64,000 bases of DNA from Eledone cirrhosa (GCA_964016885.1 OZ024742.1:258354001-258418000); one strand, 5' to 3'; counted from the first letter of the stretch, positions 38,801 to 52,340 are shown. Numbers and translations are program-made. The notes: a model not told the origin generated them from the letters alone.

Positions 38801-40219
38801 AGGTGACCCTTCGACCCACAGAGATAACATTTTGGCCGTCTTCCTTCTACACTTATAGGGAGTTGGAGTCCTTTCTCGATGTCTATGATATCGGGGATAG
38901 CGTCGATACATTCCTGGTCAGTTTGTATAAGCATTTGCATGCCTTTACCTGACCAGTTCTCTCTCCCTATTTTTTCTACTTGCAGCATGGTCGTCATGTT
39001 ATCGATTCCAGCAAGGACAGACGCGGCCAGCCAAGGTATGGGCACGTCGGGTGGGACCTGGGTCACTTTGACCATCACAATTTTCTGCCCGCAGTAGGAG
39101 GGCACCAACACTATCTTCTTACTCTTTAGGGTTTCCAAAAAGTGAGTCTTTGCTTCCTGGGGCTGGCGAAAAGTACGTCTACTGTGGCGTACTTTCTGCC
39201 TCGGGTGATGTGGGTTTTGCGTACCTAGATGCACCCCAAGGCCTTTTAGATTTGCGCCTCCGTGGGTCTCTTCACCCGATGTGAGATTTTGCTTACGGTG
39301 CGGTAAGTCACCGTCCGTAGCTGCTGGTCCTTGAAAAAATCGGGTGGAGGTTCCAGGGAGACTCTATTGGTGCTTCCTGTGACCATGGCCCTTGCGACTG
39401 CCATCTCCTCTGTGACTAACACTGTCTCGATATTTCGGGCGACACATGCAAAAGAAGTTGTCCCTTTTTCAGCAACACCACTATTGCTGCCGCTACTGGT
39501 CTTACTGGTGGGGCTGAGATCGCTATTACAGGTATCCGTGTCATTGTTGATGTTTTCGTTGGAACAGTTGTTGGTGTTGTTGTTGTTGTTTTCGTTGATA
39601 CTGTTGCTGTTGTTACTGTTATTGTCGCTGTTGTTATTATTGATGTTTTTGTTGATACTGTACCTACTATTATTGTTGTTGTGACTGTTGTTATTGTCAC
39701 TGTTATTGTCGTTCTCGACCTTACCGCTCTTATTTTTGTTATTGTCGTTCTCGACTTTACCGCTGTTATTTCTGTTGTTGCTGTTGTTATTGATGGTGTT
39801 GTTGTTGGTGTTGTTGTTGGTGTTATTGTTGGTGTTGTTTGTGTTTGAAATATTTGTTAATTTTAAATCTGTAACAAACTTCTTTTCCTTTGTAATATTT
39901 TCGTTTATATTTACCTCCGCTGGAACGCTGTCTTGTTGACATGCTGATAAAGTCTCCATCTCTCTGTGTTGTCTAACAGCGCTCTCTCTGTTTCTTGTGT
40001 TATCCATGTTGAAATTTTTCCAAAAAGATATTTTTACACAAATACCCCGTAAAGGGGTGCCGTATTATTTACGAGTGAACCCCTGTATTAGGGGGAGGGT
40101 CACTTCTTGAAAACTTTTATCAAATTTTAAAACTTGAATAAAAGGTTTAAAACGGTTGAAAACGAGGTAAAACGTTGAAAAAAAACTGGACTGGAGCCGA
40201 TAAGAAGCGTGGCTTCACC
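35862..40219 (-). mobile_element. Tx1/L1-clade LINE copy B, both ends present, RT core and ORF2 3' part deleted
   Basis: Asn-rich ORF1 with CYLCGSKGHLRAFC; APE LRIGSINAR, GDWN; deletions near 36385 and 35935; (AAT)n at both ends. Confidence 0.93.
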
Positions 40220-40253
<34 letters not shown>

Positions 40254-40255
<2 letters not shown>

Positions 40256-40490
40256 CGCAAATCTCAGGAAACCCGCGTATAGGAGAAATACAAAAGATAG
40301 TACTAATGGAAACTGCCCATATACTAACGAAGATTCTGTCAATATAAGTACATCACAAGTCTAAACACTAAAGATGCATGTGTGAATATGTATGTTCTTT
40401 CTTGAACATGGCGGACCTTGTTGTCTCTTGAGGTCACTGGTTGTGACTTGGTGATAACTCGTAGAACATAAAGCAAGATAAATGCAACTG
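40254..40490 (+). mobile_element. 5'-truncated copy of the Dong-like element at 47581-51511
   Basis: Near-identical to ~51280-51512; (AAT)n on both sides. Confidence 0.92.
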
Positions 40491-40507
40491 TAATAATAAT
40501 AATAATA

Positions 40508-43500
40508 ATGATTTCTTTATTAACCACAAGGGTTTACATAAAGTAGACATTAAGGAGAGTGCAGGACAAGACAGGACGGTACAAATGGGCATTTCTGCGT
40601 GTAAAAAACAAAAACAGAGGATCTAGCAAAAAATAACAAAGAAAAATTCCCCAATAGGGGGGAGGCTTCCGAGGGACATTTGTGGAGAAAGCCCAGTAAA
40701 AGGCCACAATGACCCTGGCCACCAAGGCAAGTGCCCTCTCCCAGTTTTCCACCTTTAATTTACAGATATATACTCAGAGTACGCCCATTCACTCGGGCCA
40801 TTCTTGCTTCTCTCACCCATCTTTCAACAAAATGCTGGGAAGAGAGCACTTCCCTCTCTACTCTGATTTTCATTTTCAAATGAAATTTGAAAAAGTCAAT
40901 CAGGGCATCACCGAAGAGGTAAGTGCTCGTCTTCGGCCCTTTCAAACGTGTCCACCATACTATCTCTTTCGCCATGGCCACCAGACAGATAAAAACTGCC
41001 TGTTTTTCCCGGCTAAAGGAGGAGGGCGGGGTAAGCCTCACGATGGACTCAGATGATAGCTGGATCCGTCCTAAACGCGACAGCACGTGTTCCACATAAA
41101 CCCACAAGTCAGCAATTTTCAGACACTGGACGAGTGCGTGCAGGACGGTTCGTCGCCCTGCGCGCATCTCGGATATGCCCGGCTGACGGCCCCTCCATGC
41201 CTGTAGAGTTTATCCCGAACTGGTAAGGCTCCTCGGTAGCACTGCCAGGCCAGAGATTTCTGGAAGTTGTCCATAGGCCCTGGCCCGGAAGTTCTGCCGA
41301 AGAGATTGGCTAGTTGATTTTCGTCGACGCCTAGAGTTTCCCCAAGTACGTCGTCACTCTTCCCCTCCACTAATCCTCTATAGAACGCCGAGGTGGAGTT
41401 TCCACCGATCACATTGCCCGATTGGTCGAGGGCTGTGAGCGCCTGAAGACATTCCAGTCTCCAGGCGCTCCCTCTCGGTCTTCGCTTGACCCAGGACTGC
41501 AGCTCCGTCAAGGAAACGAGCTGGAGAAATACGTGTCTAGCAAACGGCGACCACACCTGATCACCGTCGAGGAAGAGGTGGAGATATCGTAGCCTGAGCG
41601 CGTGCCTGCGCATCATCAGCCACGGCATGCCCAGCCCTCCACGTAGCGGGTGTTGACAGCAGGTGGACCGCCTGACCATCGGAGCGCGTGCTTTCCTCAA
41701 AAAGCGAAAGAGCAAACGCTCCAGCGCAGTCAGGCGAGGCTTAGGACAAGGTACGACGGTCAGGCGGTAGCAGATGACAGAGGCGATGTACCCGTTAGCC
41801 ACCTCCGCTCGACCTTTCAGGGATAGCTTCCTCTCGGCCCATTTCTGGGTGAGAGAAGCCACCCTGCTCGTCACCTCGTCCCAGTTTTTCTCCGTCTGGA
41901 GGTCCGGACGGAACCAGACCCCTAGCAATTTAACTGGTCCGTCCGTCCAGCGTCCGACGACGCTGTTGGACGGCATGGACCTGCCTCTCCAGGTGCCGAG
42001 CTGCAGGCCCACTGACTTTTCCCGGTTGATCATTGCTCCTGTCACCGCTTCGTATTCTCTTAGTGTAGTGCCGATCGCCTCGATGTGTTTGGCGTTCGAC
42101 ACCACTACGGTGACATCGTCCGCATATGCTGACACGGATCTTCCGCATCCTAGTTCGCGTGGGACGCCCCTCACCGTCTCCAGTTTATGCAGTAATGGCT
42201 CGAGAGTCAATACGTACAAGAGGGACGAGAGGGGACATCCTTGGCGGACCGAGCGCATGATGTTGAACGGTTCCGACAGGTGACCGTTCACTCTCACCAC
42301 AGAGCAGATGTCGCTGTGCATGGGAGCGATCCAGCCTCTAAAGACGGGCCCAAAGCCAGCCGCACTCAGGACTGCCGCTAGGTAACGATGGTCGACCCTA
42401 TCGAAAGCTTTCGACTGATCTATATTGATCAAGGACCCACCCGTGACAGGTTCCCTAGCTACCCTCTCTTCGATGTATCGCATGAGGTGGAGGTTGTCGT
42501 GGATGGATCTGTCGGGAATGGCGCATGTCTGCGCCTCTCCCACCAGACCACCAACGACAAGCGCCAACCTCTTTGCTAGCACCTTGGCCAAAATCTTGAA
42601 CTCTGTGTTTAGCAGAGTTATGGGCCGGAAATTATCTATGTTATCCCCCTTGTTCGGATCCTTTCTCAGCAGTGCCACCGCTCCTCGGCTCACAGACTGG
42701 GAATTCTCCCGTTCTGTTGCCAGTTGAAGTAGACGGCCGCCAAGAGCCTTCGAACAAGTCTGGCATCTGTACGTGAAGTTCATAGGGCAGACCATCCAAA
42801 CCAGGCGATTTACCCCTTGTGCAGCCAGTCATTGCCTCCCTTACTTCAGCGGCTGTTATCGGCTTTTCGCAACACTTCGCCCCAGTGGCCGAGAGCCGCG
42901 GCAGTCCGTCGAGGTAGACACTAAAGTCCATCCCTCGACCCGGCCCACCGCTGCCCCCGAACAGCTGAGCGAAGTGTCGCTGAAAAGCTTCACACATTTG
43001 CCCGGGATCGAGTAGCATGCGCCCGTCGTGTTCCACTAAAGACCGGATCGTGGCTTTGTGGCCACGACGTGCCTCCGCAACTCGGGCCCATTGAACGGCT
43101 TTCGTCCCCTCGTGTCTGAGAGCACGCACCCTTCTTCTGACAACGCAGCCTTCGTGCTTTGCATTGAAGAATTGGTCAAGTGCCAATTTCGCCGCAAGCA
43201 CGTCGGTCGCAATGCCTTTGCTAAGCGCCTCGTCTAATGTTCTAACTAGTTCTCCCTCTGCTCTATTTTTCTCTATTGCTAAAGCCTTACTAAACCTAAT
43301 GGATTCTATTCTAATCGCTCTTTTCAGAGCAAACCACCACTTGTTGTTGACGATGGGCCCCCGTCAACGCCCTCTTAACTAGTTCGCTAATCCGGTCTGT
43401 GTAGGCCTTGCGCGCTGGTAAGGACGCGTTTAGCTTCCAGTAGCCGGGTCCTCGTCTATGAAGCCTATCTAAGTCAAGCACACAGATCACGAATTTGTGG

Positions 43501-45835
43501 TCCGTGTAGCTGACTATCTTGAATTGTGGACAGCCTATGCTAGACCTATCTATTTCCCTACAACATACTCTATCTAGATATGATCTGGATGACCCTATGC
43601 GATTTGTTCAAGTCCACATTGGCACATTCGGGAAATCCAATCGGTACCTGTCAGACAGTTCAAAACGCCTGAGCAGGTTGGTGAGGCTCTTGCACCCTCC
43701 AGCCCTATCCGCTAATCCCACACAGTCCCAGCGTGCATCTAAGATCCCGTTCCAGTCGCCCACTAACACTAAAGAGCGGGACGTTCCAAGAAAGGTCTCC
43801 AGACGCCGGAAGAAATCAGGCCGTCCTGCTTGTGTCGGGGCATAGACGGCCACTAGCCTGAAAGCTTGCCCGTCTCCGCTGGTCACGTCCAGCACCACCA
43901 GCTTACCCTCTGGGTCCAGGAAGATGGCTCGTATGGCGAGATCCAAACCTCTCCGAAAAAGCACAGCAACTCCTCCCCCCGATCCAGGACGGCTGAGAGA
44001 TGCGTACACATCGTACCCGCCGAAGATCGGTGCGAAGGCCCGTGCTTCGGCGATTCTGGTATCTCTGATGGCCACTACATCTATGTTTAGTGACCTGAGG
44101 TCGTTGAGCAGGTGACCCTGCTTCCATGACGACCCCAAGCCACGTGCATTTATGCTGCCTATTCTGAGTGGGGTCATGTTTAAAATAGAGTGGAAAAGAT
44201 GGGAAAGACCACTTACCGTACTTTTCGTAGAGGAGGGATGGTTTTTACATCCCTTTTCACTTGATCGTCTGGTGAAGGGACCGTTGAATCGTCCCTTCGG
44301 CTGGTCGTCGGCTCTTCTATGAGTATGTCCGAATATACTCTTCGATTGATAGTTCCTCCTAGGTCCCTGAAATCACCAACTGCGTTGGGGAATTTCGTTT
44401 TAATGTTTGTGTATTGTTTCTGTGCTATTTTTAGCAGTCTTATGTTAGTTGGCGTTTTGATTGGTGCTGGTATTATGTAGTCGTGTTGTGAAATGTCTGT
44501 GTGTTCAATTATGTAAGTCATTAGTTTCTTGTTGTGTGTATTTATTGCCGTGCATTTGTTTTTCTGGGGGTGGGGTGTGGTTCTGCTATTTTCTTGTCGT
44601 TGCTGGATGTGTGTGTTTTGTTGTTGTGTTTGCGATGTTGGTGCTTGTGGTGGTGGTGTTGAAGGTGTTGTTGGCGGTGGGGTTGTCGCCGGTGGGGATG
44701 GTGGTGCTAGTGTGGGTGGTGATGGTGTTGGTGGTGTTGCTGCTGTGAGTCTCTTTGCAGTAGCCTTTACCCTTTTTTCATTTCTTTCCTCCCTTTTCGA
44801 AGGCGATGATGCGCTGCTTCTGCGTTTGTGTCTTTTTACGACCTTTTGCCATCCCTCTCCCACCGTACACTCCATGTCTGATTCTGTGAGGTCGGGGAGG
44901 GTTACCAGCTCCACTCTTTCACTTGTTGTTGTTGGTGATGTTTGCAGTGGAGTCTCTGTTGCAGCTGCATTTGCTATTGCTGTTGTTGTTGTTAATACTT
45001 CCACTGCTGCTGCTGTTCTTGATTTCCGTGGCGTGGGTATGGGTGCCACGAACCTATCGTTCCTGGTTGCCGCTTGTCCCGTTGCTGGTAGCCGTGGAGC
45101 CGGTTTCGGAAGGAAGGGGGCTTTCTCCGTTCTCAGGGTCTTCTCGTTGCAGAATGCCCTGAGGTGAGTCTTCGATCCACAGCGAAAGCATTTCGGGCGT
45201 TTTCCCTCAAAACTTATGGGCAGTTGAGTGCCGTTATCGAAGTCTATCACATCCGGAATAGCTTCGATGCACTCCTGGTTGGTTTGGATTAACATCTGAA
45301 TGGAGGTGCCGACCCAATCTTCTCTTACTTTTTTCTGTACTTGCAGTACAGTTGTTTTTTCCTCGATTCCGACGAGAACAGACGCGGCCAGCCAAGAAAG
45401 GGCCATCCCGGGGGGACGTGGGTCAGTTTGACCCTCACCATGTTTTGCCCGCAGTAGGAGGGCACCAACACCATTTCCTCGCTCCTTAGGGTCACTAAGG
45501 ATTGAGCCTTCGCTTCCTGGGGTGTGGCAAAAAGCACGTCTACGGTGGCATATTTCTTGCCTCGGGTGATGTCCGTTTTCCGCTACCACACAGACCCTAA
45601 GGCTTTTTGTATTTGAGCCTCTGTGGCTCTTTCAACCCTGCGGGATTTTGTGCTTACTGTACGGTACGTGACCGTACAGAGCTGTTGGGTTTCGAAAAAT
45701 GTTCGGGTGCCTTGCAGATTGCTCGGTGTCCAGTTTTCGTTACCATCTTCTTCGCTTCCTCTAATTCCTCATTTGTTATGAGGATGGTTTCCAGGTTCTT
45801 TGCGATACCTGCAAACGAGACTGGTTTTTCTTTGC

Positions 45836-45872
<37 letters not shown>

Positions 45873-46586
45873 ATTGTTGTTGTTGTTGTTGTCGTCAGAG
45901 CTGTTGTTGTTGTTGCTGCAGGTACTACGACTACTGCCGCCGCCGCTGTTGCTGTGGTTGTTGTTGTTGTTGCTGTTACTGCTGTTGTTGTTACTTTTGC
46001 TGCTAATGCTGTTGTTGTTTATGCTGCTGCTGATGATGTCGCGGCTGCTACTGTTGTTTTCCTTGTCACTGTTGCTGCTGCTGCTGTTATTACGGCTGCT
46101 ACTGCTATTATTCCTGACGTCAGACGAATGAAATGGGTTTTCGTATTTCCGCACACCTTTTTCGTCGTTGTCGTCGTCGTTGTGGAGAAATCTTGCACGC
46201 TTTGCACGTGATTTTTCTTTTCTGGCGTCGCTTGCGAAAGAGAAGGGCGGAAGAGAGACACATTTAGAGAAGGGAGGGAGAGAGACAATCTTATCTCTGC
46301 TGTAGTGACGATTGAGGAAGAAGAAGACGGAATGAGTGGGAGTGACCTATGAAAATTCTTTTTCGTAGCCATGTTTTTTTTTGTTTAAAATAAATATTGG
46401 GCACAAAACCCCAATAACCAGTTATTTAACCCCGAAGGGCCAAATAACGGGCGGAAAGACCCCTCTCAAGAGGAGGAGGGTGTTTTTGTCTACAATTTGC
46501 TTAAAGTTTTAAACAATTTACAATTGTTATAGCGGTCAAAATTTACAATACCTTACAGTGCCGAGCCTCCGTCAACCATAGCATTC
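40508..46586 (-). mobile_element. Full-length Tx1/L1-clade LINE copy C (ORF1 ~46372-44213; ORF2 44177-40760; several frameshifts)
   Basis: ORF1 CFRCGSKTHLRAFC; ORF2 MTPLRIGSINARGL, GDWN, DQSKAFD, QGCPLS, AYADDV; (AAT)n at 40491-40509 and 46587-46633. Confidence 0.96.
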
Positions 46587-46633
<47 letters not shown>

Positions 46634-47580
46634 GGGAAGAAGACGCACAAGGTTGTAGATGGTCATGAAATCGCTCCCGTAAGTTTTTGAATTTTAACAT
46701 ATTTAAATCAATTGTGAAATAACAATTCTTAGTACAAATGGTGCATAAACCACCGAATGAGGTCCCATAAAGTTTCGGATCCATATTATATTGTTGTATC
46801 GCTCAAATAATCAATTTTGTATTATATATTTTGTATTCAAAAAAAGAAAATGGTTATAAATGGAAGAAAACACCCTCTGTCTACACTATATAGAACAGCC
46901 AAATAACAGCAATTTCACCAACACCAGAAACTTGATACACCACCTATCCCATCACACTAAATATAACAGCCAGATAACGGCAATTTCACCACCACCACCA
47001 TCAATCCCAGCATCATAATAATAATTACTATTATTATTGTCTCAAATATTAAGAAAATGTTTAATTCCAATTTTACGGGAATATGTCAACACAATATATA
47101 TTAAACATACGAACACAAACTCATAGATACTACATTTCAGTAACCACAACGCGACCGCTGCCACCACCCCACCCCATCCATCATTGCCGCCGCCACCACT
47201 CCTTTATTGCTACCACCACTATTCCCCTTTTAACTTGAGAGAGAAAGGGGAAGGTGGCGGTATCACTAGACAAGGGAGAGGCTAGCAAAAGATATAAATA
47301 GATTGACTTAGTGACCTGGCCACCGGCCAAACGTCAACATCAACAACTATGGGACTGCTGGCTCACCCCTTCCTCACCAACAATATAAAAAGCCCCGGCT
47401 CCACCAATAACAGGCAACTACTGCAAAAAGTATATTATATTATTGTAATGCACTGGGTGATTGCTGGCCTTGTGCCTGGAGTGGAGACTATTATTAATAA
47501 TTTCATTCTTAAGCCACGCAATGCTCACATTAAGGAACCACTCATGATAATAACAATTTAAAAAAACAACAAAAATAAAA

Positions 47581-50500
47581 CCCCGTGACCAAGAAATACC
47601 GGGATGGCGGCCGGCGGGGAATAGCTGTGTCTCTAGGGGAGAACGACCCCTCTAGTCTTGGTTGACACTCGTTCTAGAAGTGGTAACACGAAATGATTAC
47701 CCCTTGGCGGATAAGGATAAAACGCGACAAAATAAAGTAAATGTCTAATGATAAAATCTCATACCGGATCGGCCGTCAGCCGGGTAAAAAAGGGCCGCGT
47801 GCCTCAGAGAGGAACCGGACTGGGGGCGAAAAATCAGCTAATGGTTCAAACCTTCCCATCACTTCGGAGCCGGAGACCTCCCATAACCGGAATACTCCTA
47901 CTGTTGGCCCTCCATGCTCACCACCAAGAAATCCAAAGAAAAAGAGAGAAAAATGGTCAAGGGAAGATAATAAAGAAGTCCTTGAGGCTTTCTACACTGC
48001 CATGTACTACCCATCAAATACATCGAATACAGAACAGACATATATCAACTGGAAAAAGAAACATCCCGTAAACAGAGGCTATATTGACAGTAACAAACTA
48101 GCCAATATACGAAGAAATATTGTAAGAAAAAAGTTACTAACTGATATAGAAATTGATCAGATCAAGCTATTAGCACAAAGTCAGCGAAGGGAAAATGAAA
48201 CATGTGTCAGTGAAAACGAGGTAAACTGTAACACTTCGAATCCCAGGGTTGGGGCGGAATCACTGGCAACAGAACAAATTAAAGAAAGGATCGAAAAAGT
48301 GGAGGGAGTGCATGCAAATAAAAATAATGAGATCGTAAATGATAAAGAAATGAATGAGAATGAACTTGCCAACTTGAAGGATGAAATTATGATCGAATGG
48401 ATGAAAATGAAAGAATCTGACATGGGGCAACGAGACACCCTCCCTAAGTTCCAGAACTCCAAACAGAACCAAAATATAATACACAAGACTAACATAATTC
48501 TCAAAAACATTATCATCACAAACAAACTAAACATTACTGATTTAAATCATCTCTATTATGCATCGGCTAAAGTCACCACTCACTTATGTGGAGTGAAGAT
48601 GAAAAAACAAAGGAATTCCCACAAGAAATCTACTTGGCAAGAGAACATCAATCGCCAAATAAACCTTCTCAGATCTGACATAGAAATGTTCACAAACTAT
48701 AAATTAGGTGAACATCTGAAACAAACTAAACTTAGAAAATTGAAAAAAAAGTACAGTATAAAATCAACATGTGACATAGACATGCTGATAGAAATAATCA
48801 AGCAAAAAGTGTCGGCCAAAGCTGCTCGTATAAGGCGCTTTGAAAAACGATCTAGATTCTATAAGGACAATAATATGTTCAAAAACAACCAAAGAAACTT
48901 CTACAGAAAAATTGGTAAGTCAACAATAACTGCTAAATCAATACCACCCAAGGAGGAAGTGCAAGAATTCTGGGAAAAGATCTGGGCCGAAGAAAAAGTT
49001 CATAACATACATGCCCCATGGATAGACAGACACATGAAAGATACAGCTCACCTTGAGGAACAAATATGGGAATATATAACAGTTGAACAGTTGCGCTTGG
49101 CTCTAAGAAAAACCAGCAAATGGAAATCCCCAGGAAAAGACAAAATACAAAACTTTTGGATAAATGCCTTCACAGAGTCTCATGAGCTGTTAGCCCAACT
49201 TTACAATGAAATAGTTAAGGAGCCAGAAAAGATACCATCATGGCTAGTTAACGGCATTACATTCATGCTACCGAAGAATGATGAGACAAACAATCCCAAA
49301 AATTACAGACCGATAACCTGCTTGACAACAATGTATAAAATTTTAACATCAGTCCTAACTGAATACACATATGACCACCTGATAAAAAATGACCTGTTTC
49401 CCATTGAGCAGAAAGGGTGTAAACGAGGCTCATATGGCTGTAAGGATCAGCTTCTGGTTAACAAAATGATACTGGATGATTGTCATAATAGACACAAAAA
49501 TCTATTGATTGCTTGGATAGATTATAAAAAAGCATTCGATAGTTTGCCATACAGTTGGATTAAAAAATGTTTAGAGATTTTCAAAATATCCCCCGTTGTC
49601 AGGAGGTTTTTGTCATTCAGTATGAAGACATGGAGAACGACACTCCTTTTGAATAGTGAAACAAAATCACTGGAAGCTGGAGAAGATAATATTAATTGTG
49701 GAATTTTCAGGGTGACTCTTTATCACCGCTTTTATTCTGCATCGCACTTATACCATTAAGTAAAATGCTCAATGAAACAAAACATGGATATAGAGTCTAT
49801 GACAAAACCATTAATCACCTGTTCTACATGGATGACCTGAAACTATTTGCAAAAAATGATGAACAATTGCAAGGGCTATTATCCACTGTGAAGCAGTTCA
49901 GTGATGACATTAAAATGGAGTTTGGACTGGATAAATGCGCCAAAGCAACGTTCACCAGAGGAAAGCTGGTGAAGAGTTCAGACATTAATCTTGATCGGGG
50001 GAACGTGATAAGAGAGCTTGATCAAGAAAAAACTTACAACTATCTAGGTGTTTGTGAAGGAGACGGAATCAAGCACTCGACAATGAGGGAAAGGATAAGG
50101 AAGGAATGTTACCGCAGAGTCAGAGCAATCTTAAGAACGGAATTGAATGCAAGGAATAGGATCGATGCCATAAACACGCTTGCCATACCAGTAGTAACCT
50201 ACAGTTACAATGTCATCAAATGGTCAAGCACAGAGATCCGTAGGCTCGATACAGAAATCCGAAAATTCTTAACCATGCACAGAATGCATCACCCTAAGGC
50301 AGATATAGATAGAATATATCTCCCTAGGAAAGAAGGAGGACGTGGGTTAATCCAGTTAGACATTGCGTTGAAAACTGCAACAATTGGATTATCCACATAT
50401 CTAAGGGAATCACATGATTGGATGATCAAACTCGTTTTGAAACACGAAAGCATCAAAAGATCATATTCCATTACAAAAGATGCACAAAGATACAGTAATG

Positions 50501-51511
50501 GACTACAAATTTCAGAAGTCCCATTTACTGCTGAAATGGAAAACACAGAAAAAGCAAAGCAGGTAAAAGTAACTGCAAAGAAACTGCTAGAGAAACTGGC
50601 TAAGAAATGGCAAGAAAAGCCTCTGTATGGAAAATACCCAGAATGAGCTAACAATCCTGATGTTGACAAAACTTTAACCCATCAGTGGTTGGCATCCTCT
50701 GGACTGAAATCGGAGACTGAAGGACTGATTATATCGGCACAAGATCAGTGTCTGCCAACAAAAAATTACCAAGCCAACATAATAAAAAATGGGTGCAGCC
50801 CATTATGCCGTGTATGCAAAAAACAACCAGAGACCATTGACCATATAATTTCAATGTGCAGTCCTATAGCTCCAACCGAATACCTAAACAGGCATGACAG
50901 AGCTGCACAATACATACATTGGATAATGTGTAAGCATTTTGACCCGCCCCATCAAAAGAATTGGTGGGAGCATCAACCACCTCCCATACTTGAAAAAGAT
51001 CACATCTCAATCTTGTGGAACTTTAGCATCCAAACAGACCGAAAAATAGATGCAAATAGACCTAATATAATAGTGAAGGACTTTCAAAGGAGGGTATGCC
51101 TGCTAATTGATATGTCTGTTCCAATAGACAAGAATGTATCTATAAAAACATTTGAAAAATTGAGCAAGTTTAAGGACCTGGAGATAGAAATTGGAAAAAT
51201 GTGGAAATTGAGAACTAAAACAATACCAGTGGTTGTAGGCGCTCTGGGAATGATACCTAAGGGGTCTAACGACTACTTATCGCAAATCCCAGGAAACCCG
51301 CGTATAGGAGAAATACAAAAGATAGTACTAATGGGAACTGCCCATATACTAAGGAAGATCCTGTCAATATAAGTACATCACAAGTCTAAACACTAAGGAT
51401 GCATGTGTGAATATGTATGTTCTTTCTTGAACATGGCGGACCTTGTTGTCTCTTGAGGTCACTGGTTGTGACTTGGTGATAACTCGTATGAACATAAAGC
51501 AAGATAAATGC
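47581..51511 (+). mobile_element. Nearly intact R4/Dong-clade non-LTR retrotransposon
   Basis: Single long RT-ZnF-REL ORF, structured 5' UTR, (TAA)n tail at 51512. Confidence 0.95.
47741..51372 (+). pseudogene. Dong-like RT / CCHC finger / REL endonuclease ORF with one frameshift (~49708) and one in-frame TGA (50644)
   Basis: NYRPITCL, IDYKKAFDS, QGDSLSP, YMDDLKL, CRVC..HIISMC, RHD, RPNII, PVVVGALG. Confidence 0.93.
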
Positions 51512-51539
51512 AAATAATAATAATAATAATAGTAATAAT

Positions 51540-52340
51540 TGAGAAAACTGAATTCAGAGATCCACAGACATGGAACTGGGTAAAAAGAGTAGACCTTAAA
51601 AAGACTACAGAAGGAATGCTAATGACTGCGCAAGAGCAGGCCCTCAGAACGAAGTGGGTTAAACATCATATTTACAAGGAGGAGGCTAGTCCACTGTGTA
51701 GGATCTGTGGAGAGAGAGAGAGAGAGAGGAGACTGTGGCCCACATTGTATCCGAGTGTAAACACATAGCCCAGACTCACTATAAAGGCTGGGGTCATGAT
51801 GTGATGGGAAGCGTGAACCACTGGCACCTATGCAAAGTAAACAATTTACCGCATTCTGAGAAGTGATATGAGCATAAGCCAATGTCGGTGATAGAAAACG
51901 ATCAGGTGAAGGTGCTGTGGGATTTTAGGATACAGACGGACAAGAAACTGTAACACTATAGGCCTGATCTTGTAGTTTTGACCAAGGAAAAAAGATAATG
52001 CCTGATTGTAGATGTAGCCTGCCCATTTGACACGAGAGTGCAAGAAAAGGAGAGGGGGGAAAATTAACCGATACCAGGATTTAAAGTGGGAGGTAAAAAG
52101 GATTTGGAACTGCCATGAAGTCAGAGTCATAGGCGTACTAGGTACTATCTCAAAGAGTTTCCAAGCATGGTTAAAGAAAATTAGTCCAGCCCCGCTTTTA
52201 GAACACTTCAAAAGGCATGCTTGCTGGGAACCGCAAGAACCCTCCGATAAGTCCTGAATATCTGAGGCTGCAGGTAGCGGCATGATATTCCTTTCAACAA
52301 ACTTTCCAGTTAAATAACATCAATGACTGAGACTCAAAGT
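51540..52340 (+). mobile_element. R4/Dong-like 3' fragment (family 2), degenerate
   Basis: TEGMLMTAQEQAL, CRIC, LWDFRIQTD, RPDL, DVACP; (AAT)n on both sides. Confidence 0.88.

Noticed and set aside
50641-50649. Programmed readthrough of the in-frame TGA in the Dong ORF
   Set aside because: More simply a CGA-to-TGA decay; the ORF also has a frameshift
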